A DNA stretch of 64,000 nt, from the NCBI RefSeq assembly GCF_964355755.1, contig NC_092678.1:23887365-23951364 (forward strand), in the 5' to 3' direction. The position numbers and the translations under genes were made by a program. Positions within the stretch are counted from its first letter, which is position 1. Each line of letters opens with the position of its first letter. The notes under the pieces were generated by a model that was not told the origin of the DNA, ran no database searches, and saw nothing but the letters and a program-made list of their open reading frames with translations. The DNA comes from Antedon mediterranea (taxonomy: Eukaryota > Animalia > Echinodermata). Positions 48,201 to 63,430 of this stretch are shown here, piece after piece.

Positions 48201-51200
48201 TCATCAAAATCCGAGATGGTCGAAATTTTACCCCTAAAAAATCCCTGAGCTATAGCCCAGGGATTTTTTCCGCGTAAAATTTCGACCATCTTGTATTTTG
48301 CTGAAATTTTGTACATAGCATCATATGGTGATGCTGAATAAATATATGCAAAAATATTCCCACATATATGCGCAGAAGTACAAAAATAAAGCGATTTTTG
48401 CGCATAATCAAAAAAGATAAAATATCGGCATATTTTTGCTGATTTTTTAAGAAATCCCTGAATTATATGTAGAAATATGTTCATATATAAATAGATATGA
48501 TGATGCTGAATAAATATATGCCAAAATATTCTCACATATATGCGCAGAAGTACAAAAATATAGCACTTTTTGCACATACTCTCAGAATTATCGAATATCG
48601 GTATATTTTTACTAATTTTTTTAGAAATCCCTGAATTATATGCAGAAATATGTTCATATATTGAAAGAGCATCGTCATACGCTGCTATGTACCAAATTTC
48701 ATCAAAATCCGAGATGGTCGAAATTTTACCCCTAAAAAATCCCTGAGCTATAGCCCAGGGATTTTTTCCGCGTAAAATTTCGACCATCTTGTATTTTGCT
48801 GAAATTTTGTACATAGCATCATATGGTGATTCTGAATAAATATATGCAATAATATTCCCACATATATGCGCAGAAGTACAAAAATAAAGCGATTTTTGCG
48901 CATAATCAAAGAAGATAAAATATCGGCATATTTTTGCTGATTTTTTAAGAAATCCCTGAATTATATGTAGAAATATGTTCATATATAAATAGATATGATG
49001 ATGCTGAATAAATATATGCCAAAATATTCCCACATATATTCGCAGAAGTGCAAAAATAAAGCACTTTTGCACATACTCTCAGAATTATCGAATATCGGTA
49101 TATTTTTACTAATTTTTTTAGAAATCCCTGAATTATATGCAGAAATATGTTCATATATTAATAGATATGATGATGCTGAATAAATATATTCAAAAATATT
49201 CCCACATATATGCGCAGAAGTACAAAAATAAAGCGATTTTTGCGCATAATCAAAGAAGTATGCAGAAATATGTTCATATATTGAAAGAGCATCGTCATAC
49301 GCTGCTATGTACCAAATTTCATCAAAATCCGAGATGGTCGAAATTTTACCCCTAAAAAATCCCTGAGCTATAGCCCAGGGATTTTTTCCGCGTAAAATTT
49401 CGACCATCTTGTATTTTGCTGAAATTTTGTACATAGCATCATATGGTGATTCTGAATAAATATATGCAAAAATATTCCCACATATATGCGCAGAAGTACA
49501 AAAATAAAGCGATTTTTGCGCATAATCAAAGAAGATAAAATATCGGCATATTTTTGCTGATTTTTTAAGAAATCCCTGAATTATATGTAGAAATATGTTC
49601 ATATATAAATAGATATGATGATGCTGAATAAATATATGCCAAAAATTTCATCAAAATCCGAGATGGTCGAAATTTTACCCCTAAAAAATCCCTGACCTAT
49701 AGCCCAGGGATTTTTTCCGCGTAAAATTTCGACCATCTTGGATTTTGCTGAAATTTTTTACATAGTATCATATGGTGATGCTGAATAAATATATGCAAAA
49801 ATATTCCCACATATATGCGCAGAAGTACAAAAATAAAGCGATTTTTGCGCATAATCAAAGAAGTTTAAATATCGGCATATTTTTGCTGATTCTTTAAGAA
49901 ATCCCTGAATTATATGTAGAAATATGTTCATATATAAATAGATATGATTATGCTGAATAAATATATGCAAAATATTCCCACATATATTCGCGGAAGTGCA
50001 AAAATATAGCACTTTTTGCACATACTCTCAGAATTATCGATTATCGGTATATTTTTACTAATTTTTTTAGAAATCCCTGAATTATATGCAGAAATATGTT
50101 CATATATTGAAAGAGCATCGTCATACGCTGATATGTACCAAATTTCATCAAAATCCGAGATGGTCGAAATTTTACCCCTAAAAAATCCCTGAGCTATATA
50201 GCCCAGGGATTTTTTCCGCGTAAAATTTCGACCATCTTGGATTTTGCTGAAATTTTGTACATAGCATCATATGGTGATGCTGAATAAATATATGCAAAAA
50301 TATTCCCACATATATGCGCAGAAGTACAAAAATAAAGCGATTTTTGCGCATAATCAAAGAAGATTAAATATCGGCATATTTTTGCTGATTTTTTAAGAAA
50401 TCCCTGAATTATATGTAGAAATATGTTAATATATAAATAGATATGATGATGCTGAATAAATATATGCCAAAATATTCCCACATATATGCGCAGAAGTACA
50501 AAAATATAGCACTTTTTGCACATACTCTCAGAATTATCGAATATCGGTATATTTTTACTAATTTTTTTAGAAAACCCTGAATTATATGCAGAAATATGTT
50601 CATATATTGAAAGAGCATCGTCATACGCTGCTATGTACCAAATTTCATCAAAATCCGAGATGGTCGAAATTTTACACCTAAAAAATCCCTGAGCTATAGC
50701 CAAGGGATTTTTTCCGCGTAAAATTTCGACCATCTTGGATTTTGCTGAAATTTTGTACATAGCATCATATGGTGATGTTGAATAAATATATGCAAAAATA
50801 TTCTCACATATATGCGCAGAAGTACAAAAATAAAGCGATTTTTGCGCATAATCAAAGAAGATAAAATATCGGCATATTTTTGCTGATTTTTTAAGAAATC
50901 CCTGAATTATATGTAGAAATATGTTCATATATAAATAGATATGATGATGCTGAATAAATATATGCCAAAATATTCCCACATATATGCGCAGAAGTACAAA
51001 AATATAGCACTTTTGCACATACTCTCAGAATTATCGAATATCGGTATATTTTTACTAATTTTTTTAGAAATCCCTGAACTATATGCAGAAATATGTTCAT
51101 ATATTGAAAGAGCATCGTTATACGCTGCTATGTACCAAATTTCATCAAAATCCGAGATAGTCGAAATTTTACCCCTAAAAAATCCCTGAGCTATATAGCC

Positions 51201-54200
51201 CAGGGATTTTTTCCGCGTAAAATTTCGACCATCTTGGATTTTGCTGAAATTTTGTACATAGCATCATATGGTGATGCTGAATAAATATATGCAAAAATAT
51301 TCCCACATATATGCGCAGAAGTACAAAAATAAAGCGATTTTTGCGCATAATCAAAGAAGATTAAATATCGGCATATTTTTGCTGATTTTTTAAGAAATCC
51401 CTGAATTATATGTAGAAATATGTTCATATATAAATAGATATGATGATGCTGAATAAATATATGCCAAAATATTCCCACATATAGGCGCAGAAGTGCAAAA
51501 ATATAGCACTTTTGCACATACTCTCAGAATTATCGAATATCGGTATATTTTTACTAATTTTTTTAGAAATCCCTGAATTATATACAGAAATATGTTCATA
51601 TATTAATAGATATGATGATGCTGAATAAATATATGCAAAAATATTCCCACATATATGCGCAGAAGTACAAAAATAAAGCGATTTTTGCGCATAATCAAAG
51701 AAGATTAAATATCGGCATATTTTTGCTGATTTTTTAAGAAATCCCTGAATTATATGTAGAAATATGTTCATATATAAATAGATATGATGATGCTGAATAA
51801 ATATATGCAAAATATTCCCACATATATGCGCGGAAGTGCAAAAATATAGCACTTTTTGCACATACTCTCAGAATTATCGAATATCGGTATATTTTTACTA
51901 ATTTTTTTAGAAATCCCTGAATTATATGCAGAAATATGTTCATATATTGAAAGAGCATCGTCATACGCTGCTATGTACCAAATTTTATCAAAATCCGAGA
52001 TGGTCGAAATTTTACCCCTAAAAAATCCCTGAGCTATAGCCCAGAGATTTTTTCCGCGTAAAATTTCGACCATCTTGGATTTTGCTGAAATTTTTTACAT
52101 AGCATCATATGGTGATGCTGAATAAATATATGCAAAAATATTCTCACATATATGCGCAGAAGTACAAAAATAAAGCGATTTTTGCGCATAATCAAAGAAG
52201 ATTAAATATCGGCATCTTTTTGCTGATTTTTTAAGAAATCCCTGAATTATATGTAGAAATATGTTCATATATAAATAGATATGATTATGCTGAATAAATA
52301 TATGCAAAATATTCCCACATATATGCGCGGAAGTGCAAAAATATAGCACTTTTTGCACATACTCTCAGAATTATCGATTATCGGTATATTTTTACTAATT
52401 TTTTTAGAAATCCCTGAATTATATGCAGAAATATGTTCATATATTGAAAGAGCATCGTCATACGCTGCTATGTACCAAATTTCATCAAAATCCGAGATGG
52501 TCGAAATTTTACCCCTAAAAAATCCCTGCGCTATAGCCCAGAGATTTTTTCCGCGTAAAATTTCGACCATCTTGGATTTTGCTGAAATTTTTTACATAGC
52601 ATCATATGGTGATGCTGAATAAATATATGCAAAAATATTCCCACATATATGCGCAGAAGTGCAAAAATAAAGCGATTTTTGCGCATAATCAAAGAAGATA
52701 AAATATCGGCATATTTTTGCTGATTTTTTAAGAAATCCCTGAATTATATGTAGAAATATGTTCATATATAAATAGATATGATGATGCTGAATAAATATAT
52801 GCAAAAATATTCCCACATATATGCGCAGAAGTGCAAAAATAAAGCGATTTTTGCGCATAATCAAAGAAGATAAAATATCGGCATATTTTTGCTGATTTTT
52901 TAAAAAATCCCTAAATTATATGTAGAAATATGTTCATATATAAATAGATATGATGATGCTGAATAAATATATGCCAAAATATTCCCACATATATGCGCAG
53001 AAGTACAAAAATAAAGCGATTTTTGCGCATAATCAAAGAAGATTAAATATCGGCATATTTTTGCTGATTTTTTAAGAAATCCTTGAATTATATGTAGAAA
53101 TATGTTAATATATAAATAGATATGATGATGCTGAATAAATATATGCCAAAATATTCCCACATATATGCGCAGAAGTACAAAAATATAGCACTTTTTGCAC
53201 ATACTCTCAGAATTATCGAATATCGGTATATTTTTACTAATTTTTTTAGAAATCCCTGAATTATATGCAGAAATATGTTCATATATTGAAAGAGCATCGT
53301 CATACGCTGCTATGTACCAAATTTCATCAAAATCCGAGATGGTCGAAATTTTACCCCTAAAAAATCCCTGACCTATAGCCCAGGGATTTTTTCCGCGTAA
53401 AATTTCGACCATCTTGGATTTTGCTGAAATTTTTTACATAGCATCATATGGTGATGCTGAATAAATATATGCCAAAATATTCCCACATATATGCGCAGAA
53501 GTACAAAAATAAAGCGATTTTTGCGCATAATCAAAGAAGATTAAATATCGGCATATTTTTGCTGATTTTTTAAGAAATCCCTGAATTATATGTAGAAATA
53601 TGTTCATATATAAATAGATATGATGATGCTGAATAAATATATGCCAAAATATTCCCACATATATGCGCAGAAGTACAAAAATATAGCACTTTTTGCACAT
53701 ACTCTCAGAATTATCGAATATCGGTATATTTTTACTAATTTTTTTAGAAATCCCTGAATTATATGCAGAAATATGTTCATATATTGAAAGAGCATCGTCA
53801 TACGCTGCTATGTACCAAATTTTATCAAAATCCGAGATGGTCGAAATTTTACCCCTAAAAAATCCCTGAGCTTATAGCCCAGGGATTTTTTCCGCGTAAA
53901 ATTTCGACCATCTTGGATTTTGCTGAAATTTTTTACAAAGCATCATATGGTGATGCTGAATAAATATATGCAAAAATATTCTCACATATATGCGCAGAAG
54001 TACAAAAATAAAGCGATTTTTGCGCATAATCAAAGAAGATTAAATATCGGCATCTTTTTGCTGATTTTTTAAGAAATCCCTGAATTATATACAGAAATAT
54101 GTTCATATATTAATAGATATGATGATGCTGAATAAATATATGCAAAAATATTCCCACATATATGCGCAGAAGTACAAAAATAAAGCGATTTTTGCGCATA

Positions 54201-57200
54201 ATCAAAGAAGATTAAATATCGGCATATTTTTGCTGATTTTTTAAGAAATCCCTGAATTATATGTAGAAATATGTTCATATATAAATAGATATGATGATGC
54301 TGAATAAATATATGCAAAATATTCCCACATATATGCGCGGAAGTGCAAAAATATAGCACTTTTTGCACATACTCTCAGAATTATCGAATATCGGTATATT
54401 TTTACTAATTTTTTTAGAAATCCCTGAATTATATGCAGAAATATGTTCATATATTGAAAGAGCATCGTCATACGCTGCTATGTACCAAATTTTATCAAAA
54501 TCCGAGATGGTCGAAATTTTACCCCTAAAAAATCCCTGAGCTATAGCCCAGAGATTTTTTCCGCGTAAAATTTCGACCATCTTGGATTTTGCTGAAATTT
54601 TTTACATAGCATCATATGGTGATGCTGAATAAATATATGCAAAAATATTCTCACATATATGCGCAGAAGTACAAAAATAAAGCGATTTTTGCGCATAATC
54701 AAAGAAGATTAAATATCGGCATCTTTTTGCTGATTTTTTAAGAAATCCCTGAATTATATGTAGAAATATGTTCATATATAAATAGATATGATTATGCTGA
54801 ATAAATATATGCAAAATATTCCCACATATATGCGCGGAAGTGCAAAAATATAGCACTTTTTGCACATACTCTCAGAATTATCGATTATCGGTATATTTTT
54901 ACTAATTTTTTTAGAAATCCCTGAATTATATGCAGAAATATGTTCATATATTGAAAGAGCATCGTCATACGCTGCTATGTACCAAATTTCATCAAAATCC
55001 GAGATGGTCGAAATTTTACCCCTAAAAAATCCCTGCGCTATAGCCCAGAGATTTTTTCCGCGTAAAATTTCGACCATCTTGGATTTTGCTGAAATTTTTT
55101 ACATAGCATCATATGGTGATGCTGAATAAATATATGCAAAAATATTCCCACATATATGCGCAGAAGTGCAAAAATAAAGCGATTTTTGCGCATAATCAAA
55201 GAAGATAAAATATCGGCATATTTTTGCTGATTTTTTAAGAAATCCTTGAATTATATGTAGAAATATGTTCATATGTAAATAGATATGATGATGCTGAATA
55301 AATATATGCAAAAATATTCCCACATATATGCGCAGAAGTGCAAAAATAAAGCGATTTTTGCGCATAATCAAAGAAGATAAAATATCGGCATATTTTTGCT
55401 GATTTTTTAAAAAATCCCTAAATTATATGTAGAAATATGTTCATATATAAATAGATATGATGATGCTGAATAAATATATGCCAAAATATTCCCACATATA
55501 TGCGCAGAAGTACAAAAATAAAGCGATTTTTGCGCATAATCAAAGAAGATTAAATATCGGCATATTTTTGCTGATTTTTTAAGAAATCCTTGAATTATAT
55601 GTAGAAATATGTTAATATATAAATAGATATGATGATGCTGAATAAATATATGCCAAAATATTCCCACATATATGCGCAGAAGTACAAAAATATAGCACTT
55701 TTTGCACATACTCTCAGAATTATCGAATATCGGTATATTTTTACTAATTTTTTTAGAAATCCCTGAATTATATGCAGAAATATGTTCATATATTGAAAGA
55801 GCATCGTCATACGCTGCTATGTACCAAATTTCATCAAAATCCGAGATGGTCGAAATTTTACCCCTAAAAAATCCCTGACCTATAGCCCAGGGATTTTTTC
55901 CGCGTAAAATTTCGACCATCTTGGATTTTGCTGAAATTTTTTACATAGCATCATATGGTGATGCTGAATAAATATATGCCAAAATATTCCCACATATATG
56001 CGCAGAAGTACAAAAATAAAGCGATTTTTGCGCATAATCAAAGAAGATTAAATATCGGCATATTTTTGCTGATTTTTTAAGAAATCCCTGAATTATATGT
56101 AGAAATATGTTCATATATAAATAGATATGATGATGCTGAATAAATATATGCCAAAATATTCCCACATATATGCGCAGAAGTACAAAAATATAGCACTTTT
56201 TGCACATACTCTCAGAATTATCGAATATCGGTATATTTTTACTAATTTTTTTAGAAATCCCTGAATTATATGCAGAAATATGTTCATATATTGAAAGAGC
56301 ATCGTCATACGCTGCTATGTACCAAATTTTATCAAAATCCGAGATGGTCGAAATTTTACCCCTAAAAAATCCCTGAGCTTATAGCCCAGGGATTTTTTCC
56401 GCGTAAAATTTCGACCATCTTGGATTTTGCTGAAATTTTTTACAAAGCATCATATGGTGATGCTGAATAAATATATGCAAAAATATTCTCACATATATGC
56501 GCAGAAGTACAAAAATAAAGCGATTTTTGCGCATAATCAAAGAAGATTAAATATCGGCATCTTTTTGCTGATTTTTTAAGAAATCCCTGAATTATATGTA
56601 GAAATATGTTCATATATAAATAGATATGATTATGCTGAATAAATATATGCAAAATATTCCCACATATATGCGCGGAAGTGCAAAAATATAGCACTTTTTG
56701 CACATACTCTCAGAATTATCGATTATCGGTATATTTTTACTAATTTTTTTAGAAATCCCTGAATTATATGCAGAAATATGTTCATATATTGAAAGAGCAT
56801 CGTCATACGCTGCTATGTACCAAATTTCATCAAAATCCGAGATGGTCGAAATTTTACCCCTAAAAAATCCCTGAGCTATAGCCCAGGGATTTTTTCCGCG
56901 TAAAATTTCGACCATCTTGGATTTTGCTGAAATTTTGTACATAGCATCATATGGTGATGCTGAATAAATATATGCAAAAATATTCCCACATATATGCGCA
57001 GAAGTACAAAAATAAAGCGATTTTTGCGCATAATCAAAGAAGATTAAATATCGGCATATTTTTGCTGATTTTTTAAGAAATCCCTAAATTATATGTAGAA
57101 ATATGTTCATATATAAATAGATATGATGATGCTGAATAAATATATGCCAAAATATTCCCACATATATGCGCAGAAGTGCAAAAATATAGCACTTTTGCAC

Positions 57201-60200
57201 ATACTCTCAGAATATCGAATATCGGTATATTTTTATTAATTTTTTTAGAAATCCCTGAATTATATGCAGAAATATGTTCATATATTGAAAGAGCATCGTC
57301 ATACGCTGCTATGTACCAAATTTCATCAAAATCCGAGATGGTCGAAATTTTACCCCTAAAAAATCCCTGAGCTATAGCCCAGGGATTTTTTCCGCGTAAA
57401 ATTTCGACCATCTTGGATTTTGCTGAAATTTTGTACATAGCATCATATGGTGATGCTGAATAAATATATGCAAAAATATTCCCACATATATGCGCAGAAG
57501 TACAAAAATAAAGCGATTTTTGCGCATAATCAAAGAAGATAAAATATCGGCATATTTTTGCTGATTTTTTAAGAAATCCCTGAATTATATGTAGAAATAT
57601 GTTCATATATAAATAGATATGATGATGCTGAATAAATATATGCCAAAATATTCCCACATATATGCGCAGAAGTACAAAAATATAGCACTTTTTGCACATA
57701 CTCTCAGAATTATCGAATATCGGTATATTTTTACTAATTTTTTTAGAAATCCCTGAATTATATGCAGAAATATGTTCATATATTGAAAGAGCATCGTCAT
57801 ACGCTGCTATGTACCAAATTTCATCAAAATCCGAGATGGTCGAAATTTTACCCCTACAAAATCCCTGAGCTATAGCCCAGGGATTTTTTCCGCGTAAAAT
57901 TTCGACCATCTTGGATTTTGCTGAAATTTTGTACATAGCATCATATGGTGATTCTGAATAAATATATGCAAAAATATTCCCACATATATGCGCAGAAGTA
58001 CAAAAATAAAGCGATTTTTGCGCATAATCAAAGAAGATAAAATATCGGCATATTTTTGCTGATTTTTTAAGAAATCCCTGAATTATATGTAGAAATATGT
58101 TTATATATAAATAGATATGATGATGCTGAATAAATATATGCCAAAATATTCCCACATATATGCGCAGAAGTGCAAAAATATAGCACTTTTGCACATACTC
58201 TCAGAATTATCGAATATCGGTATATTTTTACTAATTTTTTTAGAAATTCCTGAATTATATGCAGAAATATGTTCATATATTAATAGATATGATGATGCTG
58301 AATAAATATATGCAAAAATATTCCCACATATATGCGCAGAAGTACAAAAATAAAGCGATTTTTGCGCATATTCAAAGAAGATTAAATATCGGCATATTTT
58401 TGCTGATTCTTTAAGAAATCCCTCAATTATATGTAGAAATATGTTCATATATAAATAGATATGATTATGCTGAATAAATATATGCAAAATATTCCCACAT
58501 ATATGCGCGGAAGTGCAAAAATATAGCACTTTTTGTACATACTCTCAGAAATATCGATTATCGGTATATTTTTACTAATTTTTTTAGAAATCCCTGAATT
58601 ATATGCAGAAATATGTTCATATATTGAAAGAGCATCGTCATACGCTGCTATGTACCAAATTTCATCAAAATCCGAGATGGTCGAAATTTTACCCCTAAAA
58701 AATCCCTGAGCTATAAGCCCAGGGATTTTTTCCGCGTAAAATTTCGACCATCTTGGATTTTGCTGAAATTTTGTACATAGCATCATATGTTGATGCTGAA
58801 TAAATATATGCAAAAATATTCCCACATATATGCGCAGAAGTACAAAAATAAAGCGATTTTTGCGCATAATCAAAGAAGATTAAATATTGGCATATTTTTG
58901 CTGATTTTTTAAGAAATCCCTGAATTATATGTAGAAATATGTTCATATATAAATAGATATGATGATGCTGAATAAATATATGCCAAAATATTCCCACATA
59001 TATGCGCAGAAGTGCAAAAATATAGCACTTTTGCACATACTCTCAGAATTATCGAATATCGGTATATTTTTACTAATTTTTTTAGAAATCCCTGAATTAT
59101 ATGCAGAAATATGTTCATATATTGAAAGAGCATCGTCATACGCTGCTATGTACCAAATTTCATCAAAATCCGAGATGGTCGAAATTTTACCCCTAAAAAA
59201 TCCCTGAGCTTATAGCCCAGGGATTTTTTCCGCGTAAAATTTCGACCATCTTGGATTTTGCTGAAATTTTGTACATAGCATCATATGTTGATGCTGAATA
59301 AATATATGCAAAAATATTCCCACATATATGCGCAGAAGTACAAAAATAAAGCGATTTTTGCGCATAATCAAAGAAGATTAAATATCGGCATATTTTTGCT
59401 GATTTTTTAAGAAATCCCTGAATTATATGTAGAAATATGTTCATATATAAATAGATATGATGATGCTGAATAAATATATGCCAAAATATTCCCACATATA
59501 GGCGCAGAAGTGCAAAAATATAGCACTTTTGCACATACTCTCAGAATTATCGAATATCGGTATATTTTTACTAATTTTTTTAGAAATCCCTGAATTATAT
59601 GCAGAAATATGTTCATATATTAATAGATATGATGATGCTGAATAAATATATGCAAAAATATTCCCACATATATGCGCAGAAGTACAAAAATAAAGCGATT
59701 TTTGCGCATAATCAAAGAAGATTAAATATCGGCATATTTTTGCTGATTTTTTAAGAAATCCCTGAATTATATGTAGAAATATGTTCATATATAAATAGAT
59801 ATGATGATGCTGAATAAATATATGCAAAATATTCCCACATATATGCGCGGAAGTGCAAAAATATAGCACTTTTTGCACATACTCTCAGAATTATCGAATA
59901 TCGGTATATTTTTACTAATTTTTTTAGAAATCCCTGACTTATATGCAGAAATATGTTCATATATTGAAAGAGCATCGTCATACGCTGCTATGTACCAAAT
60001 TTTATCAAAATCCGAGATGGTTGAAATTTTACCCCTAAAAAATCCCTGAGCTTATAGCCCAGGGATTTTTTCCGCGTAAAATTTCGACCATCTTGGATTT
60101 TGCTGAAATTTTTTACATAGCATCATATGGTGATGCTGAATAAATATATGCAAAAATATTCTCACATATATTCGCAGAAGTACAAAAATAAAGCGATTTT

Positions 60201-63200
60201 TGCGCATAATCAAAGAAGATTAAATATCGGCATCTTTTTGCTGATTTTTTAAGAAATCCCTGAATTATATGTAGAAATATGTTCATATATAAATAGATAT
60301 GATTATGCTGAATAAATATATGCAAAATATTCCCACATATATGCGCGGAAGTGCAAAAATATAGCACTTTTTGCACATACTCTCAGAATTATCGATTATC
60401 GGTATATTTTTACTAATTTTTTTAGAAATCCCTGAATTATATGCAGAAATATGTTCATATATTGAAAGAGCATCGTCATACGCTGCTATGTACCAAATTT
60501 CATCAAAATCCGAGATGGTCGAAATTTTACCCCTAAAAAATCCCTGAGTTCATAGCCCAGGGATTTTTTCCGCGTAAAATTTCGACCATCTTGGATTTTG
60601 CTGAAATTTTTTACATAGCATCATATGGTGATGCTGAATAAATATATGCAAAAATATTCCCACATATATGCGCAGAAGTACAAAAATAAAGCGATTTTTG
60701 CGCATAATCAAAGAAGATAAAATATCGGCATATTTTTGCTGATTTTTTAAGAAATCCCTGAATTATATGTAGAAATATGTTCATATATAAATAGATATGA
60801 TGATGCTGAATAAATATATGCAAAAATATTCCCACATATATGCGCAGAAGTGCAAAAATAAAGCGATTTTTGCGCATAATCAAAGAAGATAAAATATCAG
60901 CATATTTTTGCTGATTTTTTAAGAAATCCCTAAATTATATGTAGAAATATGTTCATATATAAATAGATATGATGATGTTGAATAAATATATGCCAAAATA
61001 TTCCCACATATATGCGCAGAAGTACAAAATTAAAGCGATTTTTGCGCATAATCAAAGAAGATTAAATATCGGCATATTTTTGCTGATTTTTTAAGAAATC
61101 CCTGAATTATATGTAGAAATATGTTCATATATAAATAGATATGATTATGCTGAAAAAATATATGCAAAATATTCCCACATATATGCGCGGAAGTGCAAAA
61201 ATATAGCACTTTTTGCACATACTCTCAGAATTATCGATTATCGGTATATTTTTACTAATTTTTTTAGAAATCCCTGAATTATATGCAGAAATATGTTCAT
61301 ATATTGAAAGAGCATCGTCATACGCTGCTATGTACCAAATTTCATCAAAATCCGAGATGGTCGAAATTTTACCCCTAAAAAATCCCTGACCTATATATAG
61401 CCCAGGGATTTTTTCCGCGTAAAATTTCGACCATCTTGGATTTTGCTGAAATTTTTTACATAGCATCATATGGTGATGCTGAATAAATATATGCCAAAAT
61501 ATTCCCACATATATGCGCAGAAGTACAAAAATAAAGCGATTTTTGCGCATAATCAAAGAAGATTAAATATCGGCATATTTTTGCTGATTTTTTAAGAAAT
61601 CCCTGAATTATATGTAGAAATATGTTCATATATAAATAGATATGATTATGCTGAATAAATATATGCAAAATGTTCCCACATATATGCGCGGAAGTGCAAA
61701 AATATAGCACTTTTTGCACATACTCTCAGAATTATCGATTATCGGTATATTTTTACTAATTTTTTTAGAAATCCCTGAATTATATGCAGAAATATGTTCA
61801 TATATTGAAAGAGCATCGTCATACGCTGCTATGTACCAAATTTCATCAAAATCCGAGATGGTCGAAATTTTACCCCTAAAAAATCTCTGACCTATAGCCC
61901 AGGGATTTTTTCCGCGTAAAATTTCGACCATCTTGGATTTTGCTGAAATTTTGTACATAGCATCATATGGTGATGCTGAATAAATATATGCAAAAATATT
62001 CCCACATATATGCGCAGAAGTACAAAAATAAAGCGATTTTTGCGCATAATCAAAGAAGATTAAATATCGGCATATTTTTGCTGATTTTTTAAGAAATCCC
62101 TGAATTATATGTAGAAATATGTTCATATATAAATAGATATGATGATGCTGAATAAATATATGCAAAATATTCCCACATATATGCGCGGAAGTGCAAAAAT
62201 ATAGCACTTTTTGCACATAGTCTCAGAATTATCGAATATCGGTATATTTTTACTAATTTTTTTAGAAATCCCTGAATTATATGCAGAAATATGTTCATAT
62301 ATTGAAAGAGCATCGTCATACGCTGCTATGTACCAAATTTCATCAAAATCCGAGATGGTCGAAATTTTACCCCTAAAAAATCCCTGAGCTATAGCCCAGG
62401 GATTTTTTCCGCGTAAAATTTCGACCATCTTGGATTTTGCTGAAATTTTGTACATAGCATCATATGGTGATGCTGAATAAATATATGCAAAAATATTCCC
62501 ACATATATGCGCAGAAGTACAAAAATAAAGCGATTTTTGCGCATAATCAAAGAAGATTAAATATCGGCATATTTTTGCTGATTTTTTAAGAAATCCCTGA
62601 ATTATATGTAGAAATATGTTCATATATAAATAGATATGATGATGCTGAATAAATATATGCCAAAATATTCCCACATATATGCGCAGAAGTGCAAAAATTT
62701 AGCACTTTTGCACATACTCTCAGAATTATCGAATATCGGTATATTTTTACTAATTTTTTTAGAAATCCCTGAATTATATGCAGAAATATGTTCATATATT
62801 GAAAGAGCATCGTCATACGCTGCTATGTACCAAATTTCATCAAAATCCGAGATGGTCGAAATTTTACCCCTAAAAAATCCCTGAATTATATGCAGAAATA
62901 TGTTCATATATTGAAAGAACATCGTCATACGCTGCTATGTACCAAATTTCATCAAAATCCGAGATGGTCGAAATTTTACCCCTAAAAAATCCCTGAGCTA
63001 TAGCCCAGGGATTTTTTCCGCGTAAAATTTCGACCATCTTGGATTTTGCTGAAATTTTGTACATAGCATCATATGGTGATGCTGAATAAATATATGCAAA
63101 AATATTCCAACATATATGCGCAGAAGTGCGAAAATAAAGCGATTTTTGCGCATAATCAAAGATGATTAAATATCAGCATATTTTTGCTGAATTTTAAAGA

Positions 63201-63430
63201 AATCCCTGAATTATATGTAGAAATATGTTCATGAATCATATAGATAGATATGATGATGCTGAATAAAGATATGCAAAATTATTCCCACATATATGCGCAG
63301 AATGCAAAAATATAGCACTTTTTGCGCATACTCTCAAAATTATCGAATATCGGCATATTGTTGCTGATTTTTTTTAGAAATCCCTGAATTATAAGCAGAA
63401 ATATGTTCATATATTGAAAGAGCATCATCA
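42250..63430. repeat. ~21-kb satellite array with a 498-bp composite unit (A 172 + B 162 + palindrome P 164 bp)
   Basis: Example unit: A 47339-47510, B 47511-47672, P 47673-47836. A and B are diverged homologs. About 35 P copies, with extra or missing subunits in places. Confidence 0.97.

Noticed and set aside
42177-63064. Dozens of ORFs in the satellite as protein-coding genes
   Set aside because: They are translations of the same repeat in different frames, broken by frequent indels, with no domain signatures.
42250-63430. CRISPR-like repeat-spacer array
   Set aside because: Sequences between palindromes are near-identical rather than unique spacers, the context is eukaryotic, and no cas genes are present.
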